Source: Ranitomeya imitator
Taxonomy: Eukaryota
Assembly: GCF_032444005.1 (NCBI RefSeq)
Contig: NC_091291.1
Coordinates: forward strand, 14,384,001 to 14,448,000
Direction of reading: 5' to 3'
Length of the DNA: 64,000 nt
Of this stretch, positions 21,612 through 35,000 are shown in pieces (within the stretch, counting starts at the first letter, position 1; the number at the start of each line of letters is the position of its first letter). Below the pieces are notes generated by a model that saw only the letters and a program-made list of their open reading frames with translations, did not search any database and was not told the DNA's origin. A program made the translations under genes and the position numbers.

Positions 21612-22992
21612 CACTGCTCAAAAAAATAAAGGGAACACTAAAGTTCCATATCCTAGATATCACTGAATGATGTTTCAGTTGTAAATCTTTATTCATTACC
21701 TAATGGAATGTGTGGAGAACAATAAAACATAAAAATGATCAATGTAAATCACAACTAATAACCCACGAAGGTCTGGAGTTGGAATGATGCTCAAAATCGA
21801 AGTGGAAAATGAAGTTACAGGCTGATCCAACTTCAGTGGAAATGCCTCAAGACAAGGAAATGATGCTCATGCTCAGTAGTGTGTGTGGCCTCCACGTGCC
21901 TGTATGACCTCCCTACAACGCCTGGGCATGCTCCTGATGAGACACTCCAGCCACATGAGGTCTGGCATTGTCCTGCATTAGGAGGAACCCAGGGCCAACC
22001 GCACCAGCATATGGTCTCACAAGGGGTCTGAGGATCTCATCTCGGTACCTAATGGCAGTTAGGCTACCTCTGGCGAGCACATGGAGGGCTGTACAGCTCT
22101 CCAAAGACATGCCACCCCACACCATTACTGACCCACTGCCAAACCGGTCATGCTGAAGGACATTGCAGGCAGCAGATCGCTCTCCACGGCGTCTCCAGAC
22201 TCTGTCACGTCTGTCACATGTGCTCAGTGTGAACCTGCTTTCATCTGTGAAGAGCACAGGGCGCCAGTGGAGAATTTGCCAATCCTGGTGTTCTGTGGCA
22301 AATGCCAAGCGTCCTGTACGGTGTTGGGCTGTGAGCACAACCCCATCTGTGGACGCTGGGTACTCAGACCATCCTCATGGAGTCGGTTTCTAACCGTTTG
22401 TGCAGACACATGCACATTTGTGGCCTGCTGGAGGTCATTTTGCAGGACTCTGGCAGTGCTCCTCCTGTTACTCCTTGCACAAAGGCTGAGGTAGCGGTCC
22501 TGCTGCTGGATTGTTGCCCTCCTACGGCCCCCTCCACATCTCCTGGTGTACTGGCCTGTCTCCTGGTAGCGCCTCCAGCCTCTGGACACTACGGTGACAG
22601 ACACAGCAAACCTTCTTACCACAGCTCGCATTGATGTGCCATCCTGGATGAGCTGCACTACCTGAGCCACTTGTGTGGGTTGTAGAGTCTGTCTCATGCT
22701 ACCACGAGTGTGAAAGCACAACCAACATTCAAAAGTGACCAAAACATCAGCCAGAAAGCATTGGTACTGAGATGTGGTCTGTGGTCCCCACCTGCAGAAC
22801 TGCTCCTTTATTGAGGGGGTCTTGATAATTGCCAATAATTTCCATCTGTTTTCTATTCCATTTGCACAACAGCATGTGAAATTGATTGTCAATCAGTGTT
22901 GCTTCCTAAGTGGACAGTTTGATTTCACAGAAGTTTTATTTACTTGGAGTTATATTCTGTTGTTTAAGTGTTCCCTTTATTTTTTTGAGGTG
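21612..22992 (-). mobile_element. Tc1-like DNA transposon, defective
   Basis: TA-flanked TIRs CACTGCTCAAAAAAATAAAGGGAACACT; HTH region, [23 protein letters not shown]; frameshift and 3' internal deletion. Confidence 0.88.
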
Positions 22993-25900
22993 TATATATG
23001 TTCCAGTACTGTATAGATAGGGAAAGTGTAGTATTTGTAGCAGAACTACAGGTCCCAGAGAAACATTTCTGGCTTACAGCGCAGAGGACCTCCTCCTCTG
23101 CGACACGTACCAGCCATGTACAATAATGCCGGTCACAGCAGATAAAAATCATAAAAAAGACGCAGTATTTACCCTAAGTGTGAACATGGCCTCAGCATTA
23201 CATTTTTTATATATTTTTATGGGTTTACACCATTTACCGATCACAATAAGTAATCTGTTCACTGTATTGTACAGGGTGTAACAACTGTAATGAAAATATG
23301 TACGTTGTTTCCAAATGTGTGATGTATCTTTAAGAAAAAAAAGTGCATTCAAAATATCATTATTGCAATTATTTTTATTATTTTGGAATAATTTTTAAAG
23401 GAAAAAAAATGTCTTACCTTTATGAATCGCTATATACAAGTACCACTGCGGTAAAGCGAAAAAAAAGGCAACCGGCTCTCCTCCTCCATGTAGTATCAAT
23501 GAACCTTGGTGAACGGACTGCTCATTGACAAGACACCAACTTTTTATATTTTTTTTAATTGGATTTGAAAGTTTTAATTGCATCAATAAAAAGCATTATT
23601 TTAACCCTTTGGAGCTGGAATATTCTTAAAGGATTATCATTACCTCTGCATACCAGTACGCTGAGCCTTCGGTGAAGCAGAATATATTGCACTTTCACAG
23701 GTTTTGCTGCTGCCTTCAATGATACAAGTTGTGAGTTCGATTCAATTTTTTTTGCATATATTACTTTTGTTCTTAAGTTGTTTATTTTACAGAAAAAACA
23801 CAATTTTTACTTCTGAAACTCCTTTAGTTCTTTATTTTCTATTTTTTCTTTACTTAGTCTCAGTATGGGACATTAACTTTCACTTGTTTGGTTGCCGGTC
23901 TAATACTATGGATTGAAGGGAATTAAAACTGTGAATCTTTAGGCTCGCGCACATGAGCCTATAAATTGTAAGTGTCCGATTTTTGATCAGATAGCACATG
24001 GACATCACATTGAGCCATGTTATTCAATATTGTTGTTCAGAGGTCCAAGTGTTCGCGAGAACCAAATTGCAGCATGCACTACTTTCATCTGAGCATCGGA
24101 CGAGACTCACACATTTACGGTAAGTCAATGGGTGTGTGAAAAAAGTCAGATTCCACACCGACCATACGAGTGGCATTCAATTTTTAAGGATAGATTTCTA
24201 TTATAATCCTAGGAAACTGGATGTGATCATGTTTTAATATATTTGTATGAAAACAGATCGCACATGGACGTCACACGGACGTGAAAAAAAATTCATTGAT
24301 GGCACATGGACGAAAATCAGAAAAAAATAAGTCTGGGTTTTTGGATGAAATGTCACTTTCGGAGGGCAGGACTGGTCGCTGGGTTTTCTCCTTACTCTTA
24401 GAGTGCACTCAGTTGCCAGCTCATCACTTCTCATCAGAGCTGTCCAATCTGAAAGAGTCCTATACTCAACCCGCGTTCTGCCCTCCTTCTTTGCCAGTCA
24501 CTTATCTCCTCTGTGTCTAATCCTCTTGAACACTCTCTTCGTCTTACGTACTCTTATGTCCTATTTAGGCCTGTTACCCCTGCAAGTAATATAAACTCTA
24601 GGCCGTACTTCTAGGCGTCCTGACTCAGGACCTATCTCCGATCGATCACTCTGCTTCTTCATTCACTTCTCTTCCACTTCTCTGCTCAGGATCTCACTAT
24701 CCTCTGTCTCCTATCTCTCGTTGGAAACACCCACGTCTTTCAGCCCTGCTCACACTAGACCTTAGTTCTTTCTTCTATGAACACTGGGCTCTTTCTGATG
24801 TTCTAACAGGAAATTGTCTCTTTCCTTTCGGCTTGGTCCCTCCCACTCTGGGCTAGTCCCAGCTATTAAATTTTACTGTCCCTACTGTCAAACAATACAC
24901 ATTATCAGCATTACCAACACAAGTCTCAATTCACAATATACATCAAAAATGTTTTTTCTTCAAGGGGTAAATGTGGTCAATATGTACATCTCCTTACAGA
25001 TGCACCAACTGATTATGCTATGTCTGCGCTGGAATGTTCTTTTTAGGATAGTTCATGTTCTCGGTATTGTTAATGAAATTGTGGATGCCTTTTCTCATTT
25101 GCAACTCAACAGGTTCAGATGATTAGCTCCAGAACATTGGCTAAGTCATGCACACTGGTTCTAACTAGTATGAGATAGGCATGCTAATCGGGGGCAGACA
25201 AACCAGGAATGGAACCTGTGCTGCCGACCAGGGGCCCAAGTGGAAGGGGGCCTACTACCTCCTCCAAAGCAGTGGAATTGTGCATTATTATGAGCTATTG
25301 GACTGCAAAGAGTCCATATTGTGTTCCTGTACAGGGCATCTTCTGTCTGTGTCCACTCCTTCTTCTAGTAACAGACAAGACATGGTAAAACTGTTTTGAA
25401 ACGAAAGTTAAATGCCTGAGAGTATCTGGGTCACTATAATGCCGCAGGCGGTATACCGGAGAGGAGTGACATGAAGCAAGGAGAGACAAAGTGCCAGCAC
25501 AAACAACTTTCCCACAATGGATAGTTATTAACCTCTCAAGGGCCAAGTGATTTTTAATTTTTTTCAATTCCAACTTTGCTTATTGAGTTTTGTTTTTTCG
25601 GCATTCATTCAGTCGTAAAAATGACTCCCCAGATCGGTACAATTATAGCAATGTCAAGGTCATATAATTTTGTGGTTATTTGTTAGCGGTTAAACAAATT
25701 CAGAGCTTTAACAAAAAAAAATTGTGTCCCATTTTCATTGATGGAGCTGTTTGAGTACTTGTTTTTGTGCACATTTTTATTGATGCCATTATAGGGGCAG
25801 CGGCAGTGACCGTTGGAGACCAAAAGTGAGAAATAAACTGCATGACTAACCAGCAAAGGCTAAGCAAACAGCTGTCAAGTGTTATTAATAGCCTGGGAGC

Positions 25901-26409
25901 CTTTTGGGATATTATCCTCTTTCCCAGATTTGCAACATCAGCCCCCAGCCCTGGGCTTTCCCTCTGCTGGTTATCAAAATTACGCACAAATATTTATTTT
26001 ACACACAATGTGCACAGCGGGTGCTGAAAACGACACCCATCATTGTCTCCTGGTCATGCTGAGCTCGGTGAGACCAGCCAAGAATAATCATAGCTATCTT
26101 CATCACCCGGCACCTGGGAATAGAGATAACTGTACCACTTTTTCCCAGGCATCGGTACGTGTCACACTTATGAAACACGGATGTCATCCGTGTGTCATCA
26201 GTGTGCACGTGTGCGGGACATTTTGTGGCCCGTGCTGCTGATTAAAACAGACATGTCTGCAGGTCTTTCACACGGACATACTGTCCATGTATAAAATCTG
26301 ACATGTGCGCACCACCATTGAATACAATGTGCGTATATCCGTATTAGTGGTCCTTAAAAACCGGACCCCATACGGACATAAAATACGGATGTGTGAATGG
26401 GGCCTTACA

Positions 26410-27185
26410 ATGACTGGAAATAATTTTTTTAACCAGGACACCCAACAGCATAAATCCTAAAATGTCTATTGACCAATACAAACTACAAATTGGACTTCTT
26501 ATAGCTTGCTTTCTTCTTGCCATGATTCCATAAAGGCCAGATTTGTGGAGTATACAACTAATAGTTGTCCTATGGACAGATTTTCCCACCTTAGTTGAAT
26601 CTCTGCAGCTCCTCCAGGTCACCATGGGCCCCTTGGCCGCTTCTCTAATTAATTCTCTCCTTGATTGGGATGTCAGTCTAGGTGAAAGGCCATTTTTTGG
26701 TAGGTTTGCAGTTGTGCCATGCTCCTTGAGAAGATCAGAGCTTGGGCTATTTTTTTTTTATACCCTAACCCGACTTTACTCTTCTTTACAACTTTATCCC
26801 TAACTTGTCTGGTGGGCTCCTTGATTTCATGATGCTGTTTGATCTTTAATGTTCCCAAACAAATCCCCGATGCCTTCCCAATACCACTGTAGTTATACTG
26901 AGAATATATTATACACAGGCGGACTCAATATAAAAATTATGTGACTTCTGGAGGCGATTTGTCACTAGCGATTAAATTTAGTGGTATCAATCAGGCTACA
27001 GAGGTCTGAATACAAATGTACATCTCAATTGTCGGATTTATCTTATCCTTTTCTCTTTACAAATCCCTTTATACTTTGTGTTGGTATATCACATAAAATC
27101 CCAATAAAATAGGTTTACTTTTGTGGGTGTAACATGACAACATGTGACTAGGTTCATGGGGTAGGAATACTTTTTCAAGTCACTG
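26410..27185 (-). mobile_element. Tc1-like transposon 5' remnant
   Basis: TIR ...gaatactttttcaagtcactg|TA; transposase fragments QVRDKVVKK and VHRTTISCILHKSGLYG. Confidence 0.7.
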
Positions 27186-27432
27186 TAGTAGTAGGAATGT
27201 AAATAAAAACATGTTTTTCATCTTTTTTGTGTCCACTTTGCTGTGTAGATGCAGGGCAACAAAATTACTAATGTCATTATCAATTCTTATCAATCAATCG
27301 GGCTTTTCATTTTAGCTCTGTGGGCGTGTACTTTCACCCCTCTATGACATTGTCCAATCATAAAAAGACAGCTTCCATAGAGAGGAAAAAGTACACGCTC
27401 ACAGTTTTGACCAAAATGAAACATCCAAAGAG
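27186..27432 (+). promoter_or_regulatory. Conserved upstream block shared by genes A and B (paralog 56689-56943), with GC-box-like GGGCGTGT, CCAAT and AGAGGAAA
   Basis: Clear pairwise similarity about 1.0-1.1 kb upstream of each ATG; regulatory role is inferred. Confidence 0.45.
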
Positions 27433-27918
27433 CGTGTGCGCAGATGGACATCGCGGCGGCCATTTTCCTGAAGCTGAGATGCAAACTCGGCTTTGGGAAA
27501 ATGGCCGCCGCGATCTCTTCTGCGCACGCGCGGCATCCCGCGGCCATTTTCCTGAAGCCCCGTGCAGCAGAGCACTCCATCTGCGCACGCGCGGCCCCAG
27601 GAAGATGGCCGCCCCCACCGATGACAGTAATAGTGCAGATCGCGCACTGTTTCTTCACATGCGAGCAGTGGATTCGGCACTGGGACATGCGCACACCACT
27701 ACGCCATCAATGTAAAGCTGGGGAAGAAACAGCGCTGTGACCACACCCACCCGACCTGACCAGCCTGATTGACAGGCGAAAACGGCGACTTTGGTAATGT
27801 ATTTCGCAGCATAGGTGGGGAATCAGGGTACACTACATACACTATAGTAACGCACAGCGCAGGCCCTATTTAACAGTATTTTTATCTCAATCTGAAAAAA
27901 CGGTGTGACAGGTTCCCT
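27433..27918. mobile_element. TTAA-type MITE remnant, right end only
   Basis: Ends TGACAGGTTCCCT|TTAA; internal short inverted repeats; absent from the gene B paralogous position. Confidence 0.6.
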
Positions 27919-28533
27919 TTAATGTAAAAGGATATATGAAATATGGTGATTTCTCTATTGGATAATGAATGATATTAATATCGATGAAGGGGTAGAATCA
28001 TGCTATTATGTCCCCCACATATATACAGCGGAAGGGTGATGGAAATAAAATAATAAAGTGGATATAGAATCGAAGGCAAGGAAAAAGTTAAAAAAAACAT
28101 CAGTTATTACATGAACATCTCAGTAAATTTGTTTTGTTATGTTAAAATTGGGAGGTAAGAAAAAAACGGATGTTGGAACTACGGCAAAAAAAAAAAAAAG
28201 CCGCTTTATTATTCGGAGAATATGGGCTAGAACGACAACTCGTTATTCATTTCAGGGAAGCCGGGCTGCAGTGATACAGTATATCTATAACAGACCCATG
28301 TTCCACACTGAGCATAGTCAGTTTCTGAATTAGTCTCTTCCAATGTGGGAGAAGGTTCCTCTGGTTGAACATTTTTGGTTGAGATTCTTTGACTTTCCTC
28401 CCTTATACCGCCAGCAGAGGGCAGGTGGCACTGACGATACATGAGACGGAAGCTCATTAGAATAAATGTAGGACAGGAACTTTTAGAAGAATTCGAAGGT
28501 GGGATATTCTCCCCGATCCTTGGAGCCTCTGAG

Positions 28534-28579
28534 ATGAATCTCATATTACTACTGGGCGCTGTCTTATTCCTGGGCTTAG
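28534..28579 (+). CDS. Gene A signal-peptide exon MNLILLLGAVLFLGL(G)
   Basis: ATG, hydrophobic core, donor TTAG|gtgaga, 46 bp phase 1, followed by a 93-bp intron. Identical in gene B. Confidence 0.85.
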
Positions 28580-28672
28580 GTGAGATGGTTGTGCTGTCAG
28601 GGGTTATAGCTCCATGTTATTTTACCCTTTGTCACTCACTTTTTGTATATTGTCCTTGTGTTTTCCATACAG

Positions 28673-28966
28673 GTGATGTGGCCGCTGTCACCATCGTGAC
28701 GGGAACTCTTGGGAAACTTGTATTATTCAGTGCGAATGTTCCAGTAGGATCCTACGTACAATGGACTTATAACGGTCTACTAGTCTATGTTCAGTCTACA
28801 CCTGTTAATTGTTTAAATCAGTTCGCAGGAAGATGTAATTCGTATGAAAACGGATCCCTGAGTATTAACAACATCTCCTACACCGATGAAGGGATTTATG
28901 TTCTGAATATAATACCCCCGGATTCTTCTACTACTACCACTACAAACTACCAGCTCAGAGTATATG
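28673..28966 (+). CDS. Gene A IgV-like N-domain exon
   Basis: ttccatacag acceptor, gtaagg donor, 294 bp phase 1/1. V-set hallmarks (C-strand W, GSLxI, DEGIY) without the B/F Cys. Confidence 0.9.
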
Positions 28967-31037
28967 GTAAGGAGACGTCTGACTCTACATACAGTGCTAT
29001 AATACAATTTAACATTTGATGTTAAGTAAAAAAAATCATTTTAAAGATTATAAAATAATAGACAATTACATAATAGTTTATTATATTATAAAGTTCACTT
29101 TTCCAATATCTCTTAACATTTAGTTGCCCTTTTATCTTTGGGAGTGAAATTTCAGTTATGGAATTGATAATGAATCTGTCACGTTTTTTTTTAATGGGGG
29201 GGCATATTTTTTATGATAATTTAAGTAAAAAAAACACGAAGGAAATTGATAGGGTTGCCTCATCGGATATTAAATGAATAATTATTATTATCTATTATTA
29301 TAACGCCATTTATTTCATGTGAAAAGGGGAATTTGGTGTTGTTTTGCGCCTGCCTTTTCCATTCCACGGGGATGAACAACTCTTCCTTTTTGTGCCCAGT
29401 ATGTAAATCTGCCATATACATACATGACGCATCAGCACACTGCGACTAATCAGTACATGAACTTCACTATGGCAGCAAACGTTAAAAACATAAAGGTACT
29501 TGTACTTATTTAGCATTTTTTTAACAAAGATCCCAATAGCCATCTAACCACGTCAAGGTGTACCTAACTATGGATGGGCCCTAACCAGTAAACGTCCTAT
29601 TCCTCCATGTGCCAAACCAGCCTCGACTGAATGGGAAGTGGAAAGGAAACCAGGCATAGCTAACAATTAAAATGTTATTGTGGCACCCCTAGGGGTATTT
29701 GCCACAAAAATAGTTACTGACAGTAAGTACAAATACTAAAATAGCAAGACTGCACTACCACCTCCGGCCAGAAGGGGGAGCTCCAGAGACTCCCCTTGAT
29801 CCATTCTGGTCTGAGAGAAGAACTGGCAGTTGGGCTAAGGAGCTGAAAGTGAGAGGTCATACAGTTGAATCTCTAACAGCCCTGTGACTGTTACCAGGCC
29901 TAAATCACCGGCCTGAGGAGAAGAGGGATAGAGAAAAAGGACATTGTGAGAACCGGGTAGCATTAATCACTACCCAGAACAGGCGCAAAGACGGATACCG
30001 GATCCGTGGCTGTATTCATTATATATAATACAGCAACCGGAAAAACGTGAGGTGATATCAGCTTCACTAGGGCCGGACGCAGCAACAGACACAGAGTTCA
30101 GCGGTACTCCTGGAGGGGGTAAGCCGATAAAAGGACTCGGGTTGCCCGTCGAACCAGGACCCGGAGGGGACAGATTGGGCCGGCAGCCAGTTCACATACA
30201 GCAGCAGGGCCACACAGAAATTGCGCACAATAAGAGGCGAAGACCCCGGCAGGGTCAAAGTAACTCAGAGTTCCCATACAGACTCCGGTGACAGGACTGG
30301 TTGTAAATCCTTTTATGTTAAAGTAAACTGGTTAAACGTTTCAGTGCCTCAGTCTTTCATTTGGACAATAGCCATCTATCCAGGATCGAGATCGTCACCG
30401 CTGGGAGAACCTGCTGCTGATCAAGTAAGTGCCCGTCCCCTCATGATACCCCTTACACTGTGCATTGCCTGAGGCCACAGCACCGGGTCAAGCCACCCGT
30501 GACATCCCCCTCAAGAGACAGACTCCATTGGTCCGGTGCTGGGTATCCCGGTCTCCTGGGCGTCACAATTGGCGTCACGAACAGGATCTAGCCAGCCCGT
30601 ATACCGGGTATTGTGTGCCGTGATTGGAGCCCAAAACTGTGAAAACTGGGATGAAAAATCTTGAAAATTGACTTTATTAAAGAAAAATCCATTCCCCATT
30701 GAAAACTATTGAAAGTGACTTTTCCCCATTGGTTATAATGGAGTAAAGATGGCCGCCATCCCCTGAGGTAATCACTTCATAACCGTTAGGCACGAGACTG
30801 TTAATTGAGCTACGCCATCACCTGAGCCCCAGTCTAACTGAAAAACTTCAGAATCCGCCATTACAGAGCGCGGTGGGTGGGAGCAGCAGGGGGCGTGTCA
30901 TTGTGGGCGGCACCAAGCTGAGCGCTCTGACATCAGAGCAAGGGGAAAATCGATCCTGCTGCACAGCGGAACGAATCTACACTATCCCGACGGAAGCGGA
31001 GGACCGGAAGGGTCCGGATTAACTAAGGGGGCACAGT

Positions 31038-32078
31038 ATGTCGCAGCACGGAGACGCCGCAGCACTCGGCAACGCTAATGCAGCTGAAAGACAGAGTGTC
31101 AATAGAGAGTCCGGCAGCGCAGCGGTGCAAGGAGTGGCGCCCATCATGCCGGTGCTGATGCCATATACCCCGGGTGGCCCATGGCTTCCAATGTATGAAG
31201 GTGAGCCTAATACCCTTGACGATTTCAGAGAAAAGATGCTGGCCCATTTTGACATGTTCCCTGTGGGTGAAGTTCAGCGTGTTAGTCTCCTGATGATGCA
31301 GTTAAGTGGCCATGCTAAGCGAGAAGTCACAGCATGGGCAGCTGATCTAAAAGGCACTGTTGAACGCATATTTGCTGGATTAAAAGCTACATTTGAAACC
31401 ACGGCCAGCAGCAAAGCTAAAATACGATTCTTTAGTTGCAAACAAAAAGCTAATGAGGGCGTGAGAGACTTTGCCTTAAACCTGCAGGAAGCCCTTAAAT
31501 CACTTACACTGGCTGAACCCATTTTTAACACCGGAGCGGATAAACTGCTAAGAGATCAATTTATTGAGGGACTCTACACCCCTTCTCACCGGGGGCATGT
31601 GAGCATGCTTGTTTTTAAGAACCCTGAATTGACATTTGCCCAATTAAAGGAGAGCGCTATACGTCTCCAGCTGGCAGAGGCACCTCAGGATCAGGATCCT
31701 GCGCAACCCATGGCAGAGGCACCTCAACAACAGGGAGTGCCAGTGACATCAGCTATGTCTGGGGCCATTGCTAAGCCCCTGGGGCCCAGTACTAATGAGG
31801 CTCTTCAACAAAAGCTTGACTCTTTAGCTGATGTTGTTGCTTCAATGGCTAAAACCATGCAGGAGATGAGAGGACACAAGATGGAGTTGGCAAACTGTAG
31901 AGAGGATGTTCCATGGATGAGACTCCGGAGATACCCGACATGGAGAGGACGACCCCGCGACCGCTACCAACCGGATGGACAGCCCATTTGCCGCCGTTGC
32001 CAGCAGCCAGGCCACTTTGCACGAGATTGTGATTTAAACGGGAATCCCCTGGGAATGCGGGCCGCTTCGCAGGAATGA
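31038..32078 (+). CDS. gag: Gag, copy 2
   Basis: 346 aa, 10 aa differences from copy 1, CCHC intact. Confidence 0.92.
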   Translation: MSQHGDAAALGNANAAERQSVNRESGSAAVQGVAPIMPVLMPYTPGGPWLPMYEGEPNTLDDFREKMLAHFDMFPVGEVQRVSLLMMQLSGHAKREVTAWAADLKGTVERIFAGLKATFETTASSKAKIRFFSCKQKANEGVRDFALNLQEALKSLTLAEPIFNTGADKLLRDQFIEGLYTPSHRGHVSMLVFKNPELTFAQLKESAIRLQLAEAPQDQDPAQPMAEAPQQQGVPVTSAMSGAIAKPLGPSTNEALQQKLDSLADVVASMAKTMQEMRGHKMELANCREDVPWMRLRRYPTWRGRPRDRYQPDGQPICRRCQQPGHFARDCDLNGNPLGMRAASQE

Positions 32079-35000
32079 ACTTTCAAGGCCCAACACCCTG
32101 GCACAACAGGTACATCGGAGGACGACCCATTATCCCTATCGTGCTGGACGGAATTCCCCTCAACGCTTTGCTGGGCACAGGTTCCCAGATTTCATCTATA
32201 CCGTATATCCTTTATAAGAGGTACTGGGCTGATGCAGATATTGATAAAGGGCCCTCTGATGTTGAACTAGATATATGGGCCAGTAATGGTAAGTTGGTAC
32301 CGAAACTAGGATTCAGGGAGATGACCATAAAGATTGGTAAAGTAGAATTGAAGAAACAGGGTATAATTGTTGTTGATGTTGACCGACGGAACTGTGAACC
32401 AACTGTATTGATAGGAATGAATGTGTTAGAGAACTGCTTTTCCGAAGTCATTTCTGTCTTACAGCAAATTGCTGAAACTGCCCAATCCTGCCAGCAGAGA
32501 GTTCTCCGGAGGGAAATAAAAGTATTGATGTTAAGACAACAGGTAGAAGTTGCAGGTGGAGAAATCGGCAGTGTGAGGGTAAGTGATCCAACATCTATTG
32601 TAATCCCACCAAAAACAGAAATGCTGGTATGGTGTAGAGCAGCCATTGGTACTAAGGGACGAGATTATCAAGCCTTAATAGAACCAGTGTACACCGACAG
32701 CAGGCCCACTATACTCACAGCACGAGGGATAGTCGAGGTACACCGGGGACGAGTGCCGGTACGACTTTTGAACTGTGGAGAGGAAGAGGTCACTTTGCCA
32801 AGGTATGCTACAATGGCAAAGCTATATACTGTTGACAACAATGCCATCACAACCATTGAGCCCTTAGAACCAACCTGTCAGGTGGAAGGCAATGGCTCAG
32901 ATGGAGAAATGGAGGATTGGTGCCAACAGCTACACGTGGGCATAAATTCAACACCTACCCATCAAAAACAAGGGGTGTATAGGCTAGTGACGGAATATGA
33001 ACAAGTCTTCAGTAAACACCCATTGGACTTCGGACGGATAGAAGGGGTAGAACACACAATCCCCACAGGTGACCATCCCCCAATAAAAGAAAGATATAGA
33101 CCCATACCGCCCGCTCACTATCAATGTGCAAAAGATATGCTGAGGGAAATGAAACAGGCCGGGGTAATAAGAGACAGCTGTAGCCCCTGGGCGGCCCCTC
33201 TAGTGATTGTCAAAAAAAAGGACGGAACCATGAGAATGTGCGTAGACTACCGGAAGATTAATAACATCACCCATAAAGACGCCTACCCCTTGCCTAGGAT
33301 AGAAGAGTCCTTAACTGCTTTGAAATCTGCTAATTATTTTTCCACCTTAGACTTAACAAGCGGGTATTGGCAAGTCCCTGTGGCTGAGAGAGATAAGGAA
33401 AAGACGGCATTCACCACACCAATGGGTCTATGTGAATTTAATCGCATGCCGTTCGGACTCTGCAACGCATCCGGTACCTTCCAGCGGCTGATGGAATGCT
33501 GCCTCGGACACAAGAACTTCGAGACCGTCCTCCTGTACCTAGATGATGTGATCGTCTACTCAAAGACTTACGAACAACACTTAGTAGACCTGGCAGAAGT
33601 GTTCGAAGCCTTATCCAGGTATGGCATGAAAGTCAAGCCATCCAAATGTCACCTTCTCAAGCCAAAGGTACAGTACCTGGGACACATCGTGAGTTCGGAG
33701 GGAGTAGCACCAGATCCCGAGAAAATAAGCGCCATAAGGGATTGGCCAAGACCTACCAGCGCAAAAGAAGTGAGACAATTCCTGGGATTGGTGGGTTACT
33801 ATCGCAGATTTATAAAAGGATTTACCAAGTTGGCAGCACCCTTGCAAGACACCTTGGTAGGGCAGACGAAGAAACCTTCAAACCGAAACCCTCCTTTTCA
33901 GTGGAACGACGAAAGGGAAGACTCCTTTGAACAACTAAAGAAGGCACTAACCGGACAAGAGGTTCTGGCATACCCAGATTACCATAAACCTTTCATCCTC
34001 TACACCGATGCCAGTAATGTGGGACTAGGAGCGGTGCTGTCACAAAAGCAAGAAGGTCGGGAGAAAGTCATCGCCTTTGCAAGTAGAAAGCTCCGGCCTA
34101 CTGAAAGAAATTCAGAAAATTACAGCTCCTTCAAATTGGAACTACTGGCAGTAGTTTGGGCTGTGACGGAGCGTTTCAAACACTATCTGGCCGCTGCAGA
34201 ATTTATTGTCTATACTGACAACAATCCGTTGACCCACCTGGACACAGCCAAATTAGGTGCGTTAGAACAGCGATGGATAGCCCGGTTATCTAATTACAAC
34301 TTCATAATCAAGTATCGAGCAGGTCGCAAGAATGGAAATGCCGATGCCCTATCCCGGATGCCACACTTGAGAGATGTAGAAGAAGAAATGGGGGAGCTTG
34401 AAGAAATTGAACTACCAGCCTTCCATCATCCCAAGGCAAAACATCATCAGTCAAGTACCTATCAGAAACAACAAGAGGTGAATTTAAATCCGTTAGCACA
34501 CCATAGATGGGCTGACACCCAAGACAGCAATCCGGCTGTGAAGTTGGTGAAGGAACTGTTAACTGAGCAAAGTGCATATCCCGATGAGGATGCCCCAGAA
34601 GAGACGCATCAACTCTGGAAAGAGAGAGGCAAAATGTTCCTGTATCAAGGGAAGCTCTGTAGAAGGTACACCAATCCGAAAACACATGAATTGGTTTGGC
34701 AGATTATCGTGCCTAAACAAGATGTCAAGATGGTCCTCGAAGCTTACCATAATGGTGCTGGTCACTTCGGTTGGAAAAAGTTAGAAGTACTTCTAAGAGA
34801 AAGATTTTATTGGGTCGGGATGAGAAAATCAATCGAACAGTGGTGCAGAAATTGTGGCCCGTGCAACCTCAGAAGAAACGATCAAAAGAACCAAAGAGCA
34901 CCCCTGCAGCCCATAATCACCAAACAACCACTTGAACTTGTAGCCATGGACCACGTGAAGTTGACACCAAGCCGGTCTGGCTATGTCTATGCCTTGACCA

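Noticed and set aside
24380-24850. Pyrimidine-rich tract possibly an old L2 fragment
   Set aside because: Resemblance is too degenerate to support by eye.
28441-29019. 192-aa ORFs (also 57852-58430) as single-exon genes
   Set aside because: They read through the 93-bp intron (a multiple of 3) and past the IgV donor; canonical splice sites define a leader and an IgV exon instead.
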